Source of the DNA: Bacteroidia bacterium
GTDB lineage: Bacteria; Bacteroidota; Bacteroidia; J057
DNA: 43,009 nt
Direction: 5' to 3'
NCBI GenBank assembly: GCA_046160275.1
Contig: JBJXHA010000271.1
Location: 1 to 43,009, forward strand
In this document: positions 32,642 to 41,272 of the stretch, piece after piece
Layout of the letters: every line of letters starts with the position of its first letter
How positions within the stretch are numbered: the stretch's first letter is position 1
Made by a program: the position numbers and the translations under genes
Notes under the pieces: model-generated
Told to the model about the DNA's origin: nothing
Seen by the model: the letters and a program-made list of their open reading frames with translations, nothing else
Databases searched by the model: none

Positions 32642-33868
32642 TTATTTACCCAACACATCTGGGATTTTTAGTTCTATCTTTTTTAGCAATAAATCGGTGT
32701 CTTTGGGAAGGTTATTTAACTGGATGAGCGTTTCTCTTTGCACCTTATATTGTGCGGCTAAAGTAGAAATTCTTTCCCCTGCGCTTGCTTGATAATAAAT
32801 AAACTGCGAATTTTTGATAGCAGCAGCCTCTTTTTCTGCTTGAGATTGAGGAGAAATATCCTCATCCTCTTGTTGGCTCATGCTACCTTTGATAATTTGG
32901 TGAATCCAATCATTTCCTTGGTTCATCAAATTTTGATAATCCTGCATTTCTTCAGGTTTTACAGGTGCTTGCGTTTCTTCAACAGGCTCAAATTCAGTAC
33001 CTTTTGGAGGCTCCTCCACTTTAGGTTGCGTTTTCGGCTTCCCTTTGTCCGTTTTCACGAGACTTGTATCTTTGGGTTGAACAGGCTTTACCCGAACCGG
33101 CGCGCGATAATTTCTTAGCTCTTCTTTCGGCGGATTTGGCGTTATATACAATGCAAATTGTAGCGACTGTAAATTGTCTTTGCCTTTTTTCGCGCCTAAG
33201 CTCCCAATATTATCCAAATAATCCGTACCTGTTAAATGATAGCTATACTGAAGCCCTACAGATAAATTTGGGTGAAACCGCCAATCTAGCCCTACACAAA
33301 GGGGAGCTTGTACCGTAAAAATACCGTATTCTTCCCCCACAGGGCGGCTACCGTTGTCAGGTTCACTAAGGCTTCGATTTCGTGCATCTTGAGGTGAAAA
33401 AACGAGCACGCCTACTCCTGCGCCAAGATAAGGTTTCAACCTGCTTTTGGGCAAAAAATGATACCGAATCCTTACATCTCCATAGACAAAATTCGTGAAA
33501 AAGAACTGATTTGGGAAAATGTCAGGCTCTGTTGTCATCACATCTCCTGCGTCTGCTTGGTCAGCGATGCTTCCAATTCCCATATTAAATTGCCCCTGCA
33601 ATTTTTTGCGACTAGCACTTTGTAAAGAAATATTAAAACCCGGATAGACCCGCGTCCAATCGTATTTATCATCAGAAAAATCCCCTCGATAATTCCATAC
33701 ATTCATGCTCAATCCGATGCGAATGCCTTGCCCTTTTCGAGTAGTGCTATCTTTGAGTAATATTTTTTGAAGTGACAAATAGGAATTTGTCACCGATAAA
33801 CTTCCTTGTGAGAAGGATAGTTTGGCAAATATACTCAAAAGCAAGCATAAAAACACTGGGAACCGCAT
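32642..33868 (-). CDS. OM beta-barrel-like protein, paralogue 2, with one C-terminal LysM
   Basis: 408 aa with the same barrel-like blocks (YRGDFS, RVYPG, KPYLGAGVGVLVF, TDYLDNIG). A Lys/Pro/Glu-rich linker precedes the LysM-like YYQASAGERISTLAAQYKVQRETLIQLNNL...LKIPD. Confidence 0.75.
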   Translation of the reverse strand: MRFPVFLCLLLSIFAKLSFSQGSLSVTNSYLSLQKILLKDSTTRKGQGIRIGLSMNVWNYRGDFSDDKYDWTRVYPGFNISLQSASRKKLQGQFNMGIGSIADQADAGDVMTTEPDIFPNQFFFTNFVYGDVRIRYHFLPKSRLKPYLGAGVGVLVFSPQDARNRSLSEPDNGSRPVGEEYGIFTVQAPLCVGLDWRFHPNLSVGLQYSYHLTGTDYLDNIGSLGAKKGKDNLQSLQFALYITPNPPKEELRNYRAPVRVKPVQPKDTSLVKTDKGKPKTQPKVEEPPKGTEFEPVEETQAPVKPEEMQDYQNLMNQGNDWIHQIIKGSMSQQEDEDISPQSQAEKEAAAIKNSQFIYYQASAGERISTLAAQYKVQRETLIQLNNLPKDTDLLLKKIELKIPDVLGK

Positions 33869-33928
33869 AAATTTCTCTACTATTAAGATATGAGATAAAC
33901 AAACTATTCAATGAAAACGCTGTTTACC

Positions 33929-35611
33929 CTACTTTACATCAGGAATACGCAAATAGGTGTTAGGAATTACTTTTGTGCCTATCAAGGAGTTTAATTGTTG
34001 CAATATCTCTTTTTTTACCTTGAATCTTTCTGCAATCGAGTCTAGGGAATCGCTTGGATTTACTAAGTAGTAAATGAAGCGTTTTTCCAAAATTGCCATT
34101 TCTACTTTTTCTTCTTCGGGACTTAAAGCAGCTTTTTCAGGTTCAACGATTTGTACATCTGGATCTACTTCTACAAAGCCTATGCCCGATTCTTTCCTAA
34201 TTCTTTTTTCATCAGGAAGCATTTCAATCCATTGGCGAACATCAGGCAACAAAAGTAAACCTTTTGCGGGCGGAGCTTTCTCTTCCGCATTTTCATTCAG
34301 CAACAAAATGGTTGATTTTCTAATTCTAAAACGATTATACAAGCGCGTATAGGCATCGCCGGGTTTGCACTCATAATAAAAGAAATTTAAGGCACGCCAT
34401 TCTTTTTCCTCTAAGCAAACCCACAAGTCAGGGCAACCGTCATTTCTAGGAGCAGGTGGCATTGGCAAATTCGAAGGAATTTTTATGCCATTTTTCGTAA
34501 TATAGGTAATCGCTGCTGCCGAATCTTCTTTGGTTGCATAAGGGTCATATACCAATGTTTCATACCCCTCTTTTACTTCTGTTGGATTATTTATCAAAGA
34601 ATCTTCTGCAAACAATCTATCTAAATTAGACAATCCATCGTCTTCTTTTTGATAGGGAACTTTCATCAATTCTATATTTCCGCCTAATACATCTAAGAAA
34701 ACTGTTTCCTCCACAATCAAGCTATCAACGGGGCGCAAACTTGCTTTTCTTTTCTCCCATCTGCGTTTTTCTCTTGCCTCTGCCAAAATACTATCGCGCA
34801 CTTGTTTAACGGAATCCTTGTTTTGTTTGGGTTTATAAATTTTAATTTCATCGCTAGGCACAATAGGTACTAACGATTTTTCTTTACGCTGCGGATTTGG
34901 GGTAACAAGCATCGTAAGTTGCAGATTTTGAAGGTAATCATTGCCTTTGCGAGTTCCTAATTGCCCCACATTATCCGTATAATCTGTAAAAATACGGCGA
35001 AATGTATAATCCATACCTAAAGCCAACATAGGCGAAACGCGTAAATTAACTCCAGCCGTTGCAGGAATATAGAAAGTAAAAGTTTCGTACTCCTCGCCCG
35101 GTGGACGAGTTTTGGGAGCTTCAAACAAAGCATTGTCTAATTGGTCGGTTGGGGCAAAAGTCATAATTCCTGCCCCCAAACTAATATGAGGTTGAATGGG
35201 AAGTGTGCGCAAAAAACGATAACGAAAGCGCAAATCTCCGTAGAAAAAAGGCGTATAAACGAAATTGTTGGGGCGAACTTTGGGGTTATCAGAAGTGATG
35301 TATTCGGAAGAACGTTGCTCTGCAAAAGTTCCCATGCCAAAATTGACTTGCCCTTTGAGGTTTGACCGCCCGTCAGTTTGTAAAGAAAGGTTAACGCCCG
35401 GATAGAAACGGGTTAATGCCCAAAAATCTTGGGTCAAATCGCCAACATAATTGGTAGCGGTCAAGCCTATTCCCACTTGTAAGGCTTTGTTTTTGCGGGA
35501 TTTAGCTTGTGTCGAATCCGAAGTAGCCCCAGGTTTTGCCTCTTGCGCGTATATTATTCCTAGACTTATAAAAGTAATAATCAAGTAAATGATATGACGG
35601 GGTTTGAGCAT
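33929..35611 (-). CDS. OM beta-barrel-like protein, paralogue 3, with two LysM modules
   Basis: 560 aa from ATG 35611 (MLKPRHIIYL...); the ORF-track start at 35689 is a TTG. It has the same barrel-like blocks (YVGDLT, RFYPG, QPHISLGAGIMTF, TDYTDNVG). The two LysM-like segments are YYECKPGDAYTRLYNRFRIRKSTILLLN and YYLVNPSDSLDSIAERFKVKKEILQQLN. Confidence 0.75.
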   Translation of the reverse strand: MLKPRHIIYLIITFISLGIIYAQEAKPGATSDSTQAKSRKNKALQVGIGLTATNYVGDLTQDFWALTRFYPGVNLSLQTDGRSNLKGQVNFGMGTFAEQRSSEYITSDNPKVRPNNFVYTPFFYGDLRFRYRFLRTLPIQPHISLGAGIMTFAPTDQLDNALFEAPKTRPPGEEYETFTFYIPATAGVNLRVSPMLALGMDYTFRRIFTDYTDNVGQLGTRKGNDYLQNLQLTMLVTPNPQRKEKSLVPIVPSDEIKIYKPKQNKDSVKQVRDSILAEAREKRRWEKRKASLRPVDSLIVEETVFLDVLGGNIELMKVPYQKEDDGLSNLDRLFAEDSLINNPTEVKEGYETLVYDPYATKEDSAAAITYITKNGIKIPSNLPMPPAPRNDGCPDLWVCLEEKEWRALNFFYYECKPGDAYTRLYNRFRIRKSTILLLNENAEEKAPPAKGLLLLPDVRQWIEMLPDEKRIRKESGIGFVEVDPDVQIVEPEKAALSPEEEKVEMAILEKRFIYYLVNPSDSLDSIAERFKVKKEILQQLNSLIGTKVIPNTYLRIPDVK

Positions 35612-35880
35612 ATTTCCAAAAATGTTAAAAAGATGAAAGAGTGTTAATGTCTGATTATCAGGTAGAAAGAAAAAAATATGACGAAGCAAGGTTAATTTTT
35701 TAGGTATAACTCCTCACATAACCCTTCTTGTCGCGTGCAATATTAAGGAAATTATTCTTTATGCACTATGCTTTTTTTTCCCCCTGTAAGATTTTTGGAA
35801 TTTTACTAAGCATAAAAATAACTTCCGTTTTCGTTTTTTCCATTTTTTCATTCAATAATCAAGCCAAAATGGGGTAATTC

Positions 35881-35919
35881 CAAAGAAAAGCCCTAGCAAA
35901 GCGAACTTTACTAGGGCTT
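35881..35919 (-). terminator. intrinsic terminator after the PKD-rich T9SS gene
   Basis: - strand RNA is AAGCCCTAGTAAAG-TTCG-CTTTGCTAGGGCTT: a 14-bp stem (one G-U pair) with a TTCG loop, followed by TTCTTTG. Confidence 0.8.
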
Positions 35920-35939
35920 CGTTTAGGATATTTGAGGTA

Positions 35940-38900
35940 TTATTCTTTAATGATTTTACGAACAACACTTTCCCCTGATATTTTTCGCAAAGTTACAAGA
36001 TAAATCCCTGCATTTTGCTCATTCATATCTATTTCAATTTCAGAAACCTCTGCCCCAATTTCTCTTTGATACACAAGATTTCCTAGCACATCTGTTACGC
36101 TCACTTGCGTTCCTGCTTCAAAAACTTCTTCTGTTTGTATTTTTAGCAAACCATCAGTCGGATTCGGATAAAAACGAATCGGATTGTCCATTTCTTCGGC
36201 AACTCGCGCTTGATTGTCTATTTCATGCGAATCATTTTGAGAAGAAGAAGGAACTACCATCATCGGAATTGGCGGAACGGGGCAAGCCGTAGGACATAAT
36301 ACAGAGGCACAAACTTTAGGCGTAGCATTCACACGAATACAAATGTTTGAACTACAATCTGGACCTGTTACAGTTAAGCAAACCATATAAGATGCCAATG
36401 GATTTGCGTAAGTTTTTGCAGGAGGCGTATAACCTACATAGGTTGTTCCATCTCCAAAATTCCATGAATACGTATAACCTGCAATAACGCCTGTAAGGTT
36501 CGTAAATGTTACCGTATTCGGCGTAGAAGTACATTGAACATAACGGAAATTGGCATTTGCGGCACAACCTGCATTATTGTTCAAGGTAATGGTTTTGCAA
36601 TGAGATTTTACACAATTTGCGCCATCAACAGCACCTGTACACTGTACAGTCAAACAAATTTTATAAGTACCAGCCGCAGCAAAATTGAACGCAGGGCTTT
36701 TTAGGGTAGAAGTCCCCAATACAGTTGTTCCTGTGGCATCATAAAATGTCCAACTATAGGTCATACAGGGGTCTGTGGAAGATGCATTGGCAAAGCTAAC
36801 ATTATAACCGCTAATAGGTACAGTATGTGTAAAATAAGCATACATGGTTGGGCAAGGTTTCGGAACAATTATAGTTTTGCAGCATTGCGTACAACAAGAA
36901 ACCCCATTAATAGTACATTTTGTAACCAAGCAAATATTATAAGTACCTGGATTCGTGTAAGTTTTAGTAGGGGGAGTTGTTGCATACGAACAAGTTCCAT
37001 CTCCAAAATCCCATGTATAAGTTTTTACTCCACCTGTGCAACCTGTAGTAGTTACTCCCGAAAAAGATACTGATTTGGAATTACTACTTACTTGATAACA
37101 AAAATTGCTTGTAGCGCCTGTGGCTGGAACGGTAATCGTTTTACAGACATTTTGGGTGCAAGTACCTGTTGTTGTTGTACAAGTTACATACAAACAAACG
37201 GTAGTTGTTCCTGCGGCTGTCGCGCCTATGGTTGCGGTTTGTCCTGTTGCGCCATTTGACCAACTATAAGTAGCCGTTCCACAAGGGCAAGAAACCGTAT
37301 TTGCAGTTACGCTAATAGTTCCGCAATTATCAACCGTATAAGTAAAATCTGGGGTGAAACTACAATTTACAAAAGTTACGGTAATCGGAATACAAATAGA
37401 TTGCGTACAAGTTACCCCGCAACTGTTTACACAAGTTACATACAAACATACATTGTAAGTCATGGTAGTAGGCAAACTTGTGGGTTGGATAAATACGTGA
37501 GTTGGGTTAGCTAAAGTACTTGATGTGCCATCGCCAAAATCCCAACTATAAGTAGTCCCAGCCGCAGAAGAACAACCTGAAACGTTAGGTACAAAATAAT
37601 AAGTGCCACATTGAGAAGTTTGGGTAAATCCTACTTGAATGTTACAAAGTGCAGGAGGCACTTGCACATTAACACAGAGTGTGTCTGAACAAACCGCGCC
37701 TGTTGCTTGTGTACAAGTTATAATTACACAAGCATTAAAAGTCTGTGCAACAGAGGTTTGTGTATAAGCATGACTGACCGTTGCGCCACCTGCCATACCT
37801 GTTCCATCGCCAAACATCCAACTGTACGAAATGGCTCCCCCCGTACAACCTGTGGGAGAAACATTAAAAGTGGCTACGCCACAACTGTTTGTTGAATAAG
37901 TGAGGCTACCTCCAATTAAACATGGGTTGGAAGAAGTTGTAGGGCAATAATTTTCAGTTACGTTTACAGATGCGCCTGATAAGGATATGCCCGTAATTTG
38001 TGCGTTAGTTGTTTGGCATTTTGTAACTTGAAAGATTTGGCAGTTATTTACTACACTATAGGTTTTAGGCAAAGAAGGGCAAGAATCCACAGAGGTAACT
38101 GTTTTTCCTTGCAAATTGGTTACTAAATTATGAACTTCTGTATTTGCTGCCGTGCTTCCCCTTGTATTAGTCGAGATGAAATAACCGCCTGTTCGTGGGT
38201 TAATGCTTTCGCTTGCAGTAGGGTGTGCCATTGTCGTAGGATAAAAACGCCCATTCGTTATAGTTGCTAATGCCGTACAAGAAGTTGGTGTTTGTAATTG
38301 CAAAAAGAAAGTTGTTCCGTTTGGAGTAGAGGTAACTGTACCTGTTCCAAGTTGAGAAGTAGCAAAATCAGGACCTGCTAAAACGTAAGTATTTTGCGAA
38401 TTAGTAACCGCTGTAATGGTACGTGCATAAGTATTTGGCGCAGTCGTTGTTCCGCTTGGTGTGATGATTCCTCCCCAATTTTGTGCACCTGCAGAAGACA
38501 CTTGCACTGCATAAATTTCCGTTTGCCCTGTTGATTTTGTCGCTTTACCTACCGCAATTAAGGCATTTCCTGTTCCTTGAATAATGTCATATCCCGCGCT
38601 AGATTGGTAATTTGCATTAGCAGGATAAGCCATACGCCAAACTTCTGCCCCTGCGTTGCTGATGGTGCTGATAAATAAAGAATTATTTGTACTTGTTGCG
38701 GAAGTTGTCATTTCCCCCGTAATTGCCACCCCTGGAGCGGTTGATGATGGTGTTCCTCCCCCATTCGTGAGGTCTATGGTAATTTCTCTTGGAATAAAGT
38801 TACAAGAAACTGCTGGAGTTGAACAAGAACAATTATAATAATTTCCCCAAGAAGTTGTACCTGCTGCCGTAAGTTTTGCCGCGTAAGTTGTGGTAAGCCC

Positions 38901-39413
38901 TGCGTTTGTGGAGGAACCCACCACCACTACATCGCTATTTGGCATTACCGCAGCTGCTACCCCTTCTTCTTGCACGCCTGTAGCCGCGCTATGTATCCTT
39001 GCCCATACCAAACCGCCATTTGCTTTGATACGTAGTAAGAAAATTTGCTTTACATTGTTAGTCGTTTTCGTTCCTACAATATAATAACCTTGTGGCGTTG
39101 TACCTGATACAGGAGCTTTTTGAATGTCTTTTACTTCATAATCGGAACCTGTAGAAAAATAAGTCCAAACAGCTAATCCAGCAGGAAGTGCAAGTTCTCC
39201 TGTTGGTTGAAAGCGAATGTACTCAATGCGTTTGTTTGCGCCATAACTTGAAGTCGTAGCAACAGAAACGAAACCATTTGCAACGGTGTCGCCAATTGCA
39301 GCCCAATGGTCTTCAGCTGCAGCTTGTATTAAGGTATTTTGTTGTGCAAAACTGACTTGCATCAAACACCAAAATACAAGAAAAATACTTACTGAAAGTC
39401 CTGATTTTTTCAT
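35940..39413 (-). CDS. Cys-rich multi-PKD T9SS cargo with an N-terminal propeller-like region
   Basis: 1157 aa with a signal peptide ending SFAQQ. N-terminal repeats include YYIVGTK...IFLLRIKANGGLVWARI. About six PKD-like modules carry YSW(M/D/N)FGDGT, YTWDFGDGT and YSWTFYDATG motifs and many Cys. The C-terminus is IRFYPNPTDGLLKIQ...AGIYLVTLRKISGESVVRKIIKE (Por_Secre_tail type). Confidence 0.88.
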   Translation of the reverse strand: MKKSGLSVSIFLVFWCLMQVSFAQQNTLIQAAAEDHWAAIGDTVANGFVSVATTSSYGANKRIEYIRFQPTGELALPAGLAVWTYFSTGSDYEVKDIQKAPVSGTTPQGYYIVGTKTTNNVKQIFLLRIKANGGLVWARIHSAATGVQEEGVAAAVMPNSDVVVVGSSTNAGLTTTYAAKLTAAGTTSWGNYYNCSCSTPAVSCNFIPREITIDLTNGGGTPSSTAPGVAITGEMTTSATSTNNSLFISTISNAGAEVWRMAYPANANYQSSAGYDIIQGTGNALIAVGKATKSTGQTEIYAVQVSSAGAQNWGGIITPSGTTTAPNTYARTITAVTNSQNTYVLAGPDFATSQLGTGTVTSTPNGTTFFLQLQTPTSCTALATITNGRFYPTTMAHPTASESINPRTGGYFISTNTRGSTAANTEVHNLVTNLQGKTVTSVDSCPSLPKTYSVVNNCQIFQVTKCQTTNAQITGISLSGASVNVTENYCPTTSSNPCLIGGSLTYSTNSCGVATFNVSPTGCTGGAISYSWMFGDGTGMAGGATVSHAYTQTSVAQTFNACVIITCTQATGAVCSDTLCVNVQVPPALCNIQVGFTQTSQCGTYYFVPNVSGCSSAAGTTYSWDFGDGTSSTLANPTHVFIQPTSLPTTMTYNVCLYVTCVNSCGVTCTQSICIPITVTFVNCSFTPDFTYTVDNCGTISVTANTVSCPCGTATYSWSNGATGQTATIGATAAGTTTVCLYVTCTTTTGTCTQNVCKTITVPATGATSNFCYQVSSNSKSVSFSGVTTTGCTGGVKTYTWDFGDGTCSYATTPPTKTYTNPGTYNICLVTKCTINGVSCCTQCCKTIIVPKPCPTMYAYFTHTVPISGYNVSFANASSTDPCMTYSWTFYDATGTTVLGTSTLKSPAFNFAAAGTYKICLTVQCTGAVDGANCVKSHCKTITLNNNAGCAANANFRYVQCTSTPNTVTFTNLTGVIAGYTYSWNFGDGTTYVGYTPPAKTYANPLASYMVCLTVTGPDCSSNICIRVNATPKVCASVLCPTACPVPPIPMMVVPSSSQNDSHEIDNQARVAEEMDNPIRFYPNPTDGLLKIQTEEVFEAGTQVSVTDVLGNLVYQREIGAEVSEIEIDMNEQNAGIYLVTLRKISGESVVRKIIKE

Positions 39414-39712
39414 GATTTTGATAGAAAATGGAAATGATAAATAAAAAATAAAAAATATTAGGTAAGGTAAACAACAACCTTTCTATTTATGTGTAGATAA
39501 CGGCATTTTGTAACCGTTTTTTTTCAAATATGGCTTAATTCCTACCTTTTTAAGGTCTTGATTATCAAGTAGTAACTAGGTTTTAACCTTAGTACAAAAG
39601 TTGCCTTTTTTAATGAAAAATACAAGCGAATGTTAGAAAAAGTACTTTTATTGAATAAATTATTTATGTCGATTAATTAATGGTTAGATAAGCAATTGAT
39701 AATCAATAAAAT

Positions 39713-39744
39713 AATGCAGCCAACTTGCAAGAGTTGGCTGCATT
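39713..39744 (-). terminator. intrinsic terminator after the SLT gene
   Basis: Perfect 13-bp stem AATGCAGCCAACT/AGTTGGCTGCATT with a 6-nt loop. The - strand continues ATTTTATTGATT. Confidence 0.7.
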
Positions 39745-39842
39745 ACAGGAAAAATACAATGTAAGATTATATCTTTATTGTCTCTTTATTAAAATCAATG
39801 AATCCAAGAGAATAAGGTTCTTTATCAATGAATTAGCTACTG

Positions 39843-40604
39843 TTACAAACCTGCCATTTCTGCTTTTTCAATGATATAAGCAGGCCCAAATAGGCGTTTC
39901 ATGCGTTTGTCAATGTCGCTAACTGTTACACGCCCATCTTTGTCAATGTCCAAGCCTGAATTTTGTTTATAGGCTTTAGAGGGTTGGGCATACAAACTAT
40001 AACACATTTCTTCGGGTCGCGCCTTCGGGTATAAAATCGCTAAGTACAAATCTGTTAAACTTTTATATTCTCCATATTTTCTGCGAAAAATATCCAAGTA
40101 TTGATACACATATTCCAATTGCTCCACAGGTCCCAATTTTTTGATATAATTCACAGACGTACCCATGTCTTTTGCGGTTGCGGGCATAAATTGAATCAAG
40201 CCAATCGCGCCACTTCCTCGCAAATTTTCCACTTCAGCATTAAATTTAGATTCAGAATACATTACAGACATCAACCATTCGGGGGGAATGTTTAGGCGTT
40301 GACTCACACTTTTCACCTTTTTTTCAAAGGCAGGCAAATCCGTTACATACATCCCTGCACGATCCAATAAATACAAATCGGGACGAGGATTCGCGTTTGT
40401 GCCATGATAAGTACCATAAAAATAAGAGCCAACATTTGTGAACACAATCAGTACCAAAAGAAAACTTGCCAGTTTCAAATTTCCAGAAATATTGGGCGTA
40501 GTCCAAGTATGCCATTGAATTCCTGTTTCAAAACGAGCGCGAGTGAATGAGGGAGAATAGGTATTCATCATTTTTTGATAGGTGTTTTGAATAAAGTGGA
40601 ACAT
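39843..40604 (-). CDS. membrane-anchored lytic transglycosylase (SLT domain, GH23)
   Basis: 253 aa with an N-terminal TM helix LASFLLVLIVFTNVGSYFYG. The catalytic region MSVMYSESKFNAEVENLRGSGAIGLIQFMPATAKDMG carries ES...GLMQ-type motifs. A C-terminal DIDKDGRVTVSDID loop looks like an EF-hand. Confidence 0.8.
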   Translation of the reverse strand: MFHFIQNTYQKMMNTYSPSFTRARFETGIQWHTWTTPNISGNLKLASFLLVLIVFTNVGSYFYGTYHGTNANPRPDLYLLDRAGMYVTDLPAFEKKVKSVSQRLNIPPEWLMSVMYSESKFNAEVENLRGSGAIGLIQFMPATAKDMGTSVNYIKKLGPVEQLEYVYQYLDIFRRKYGEYKSLTDLYLAILYPKARPEEMCYSLYAQPSKAYKQNSGLDIDKDGRVTVSDIDKRMKRLFGPAYIIEKAEMAGL

Positions 40605-40654
40605 GAATCATTTACATTTAAGGTGGTGGCAAATGTTCTTCCTTAAATATTTAG

Positions 40655-40662
40655 CAAAGTTA
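40655..40662 (-). promoter_or_regulatory. -7 promoter box TAACTTTG for the SLT gene
   Basis: + strand CAAAGTTA is TAACTTTG on the - strand, 50 nt upstream of ATG 40604. Confidence 0.45.
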
Positions 40663-41272
40663 AGAAGATTTTCTCTTGTAATGCAAATATTTTCAGAAAA
40701 AATGTTGAAAAATTTAGCAATCAATTATAACAAATAACACTAAAAACCTGATAATCAATTTGTAAGCATAATGCAGTTTTGCTAAAAAAGTTACAAATCT
40801 TTGCTAAAAAAATGCACAATTATTTAGTATTACTTTCTGCATCACTTACTTCCCCACATTGACTTTACAAAGGTAAGGCATATTTTCTATCTTTTATGCA
40901 CAATTTTTACACAAATTGTTAACAGGCCTGTGTGGATAAGAAAGGAAACAATTACCCCGATGAATATAATCCTTATCTCACTATTGAAAACTTTTCAGGG
41001 AAGATGCAAGCGTTTGGGAGAAAAACAAGAAAATATACAAGCTTTTATTGGAAATTCTTAGAAAATTGAAACAATCTTCCTAATTCGTAATATCCAAAGG
41101 CTAATAATAGTCTAATTGTATAAGTATTAGGTTTGCATTATCAAGCGAAATGTTGTTTTTTTGCAGCCTAATTCACCTAGCTTTTTAGGAAGGTCATTTC
41201 GGCTATTGTTCAATGACCTAGATGAGAAAAGGCGAATTACAGAATGTTTTCAAGTTTTTTAATTAACCATAA

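Noticed and set aside
36352-39084. Small ORFs inside or antisense to the PKD-rich gene (36352..36567, 36825..37073, 37707..37895, 38656..38838, 38890..39084).
   Set aside because: They are shadow ORFs within an 1157-aa ORF that has a signal peptide, PKD motifs and a T9SS CTD.
39500-39530. AACGG-N10-CCGTT hairpin followed by a T-run on the + strand.
   Set aside because: The stem is only 5 bp and no + strand gene lies upstream of it. The convincing terminator in this spacer is the 13-bp hairpin at 39713..39744 on the - strand.
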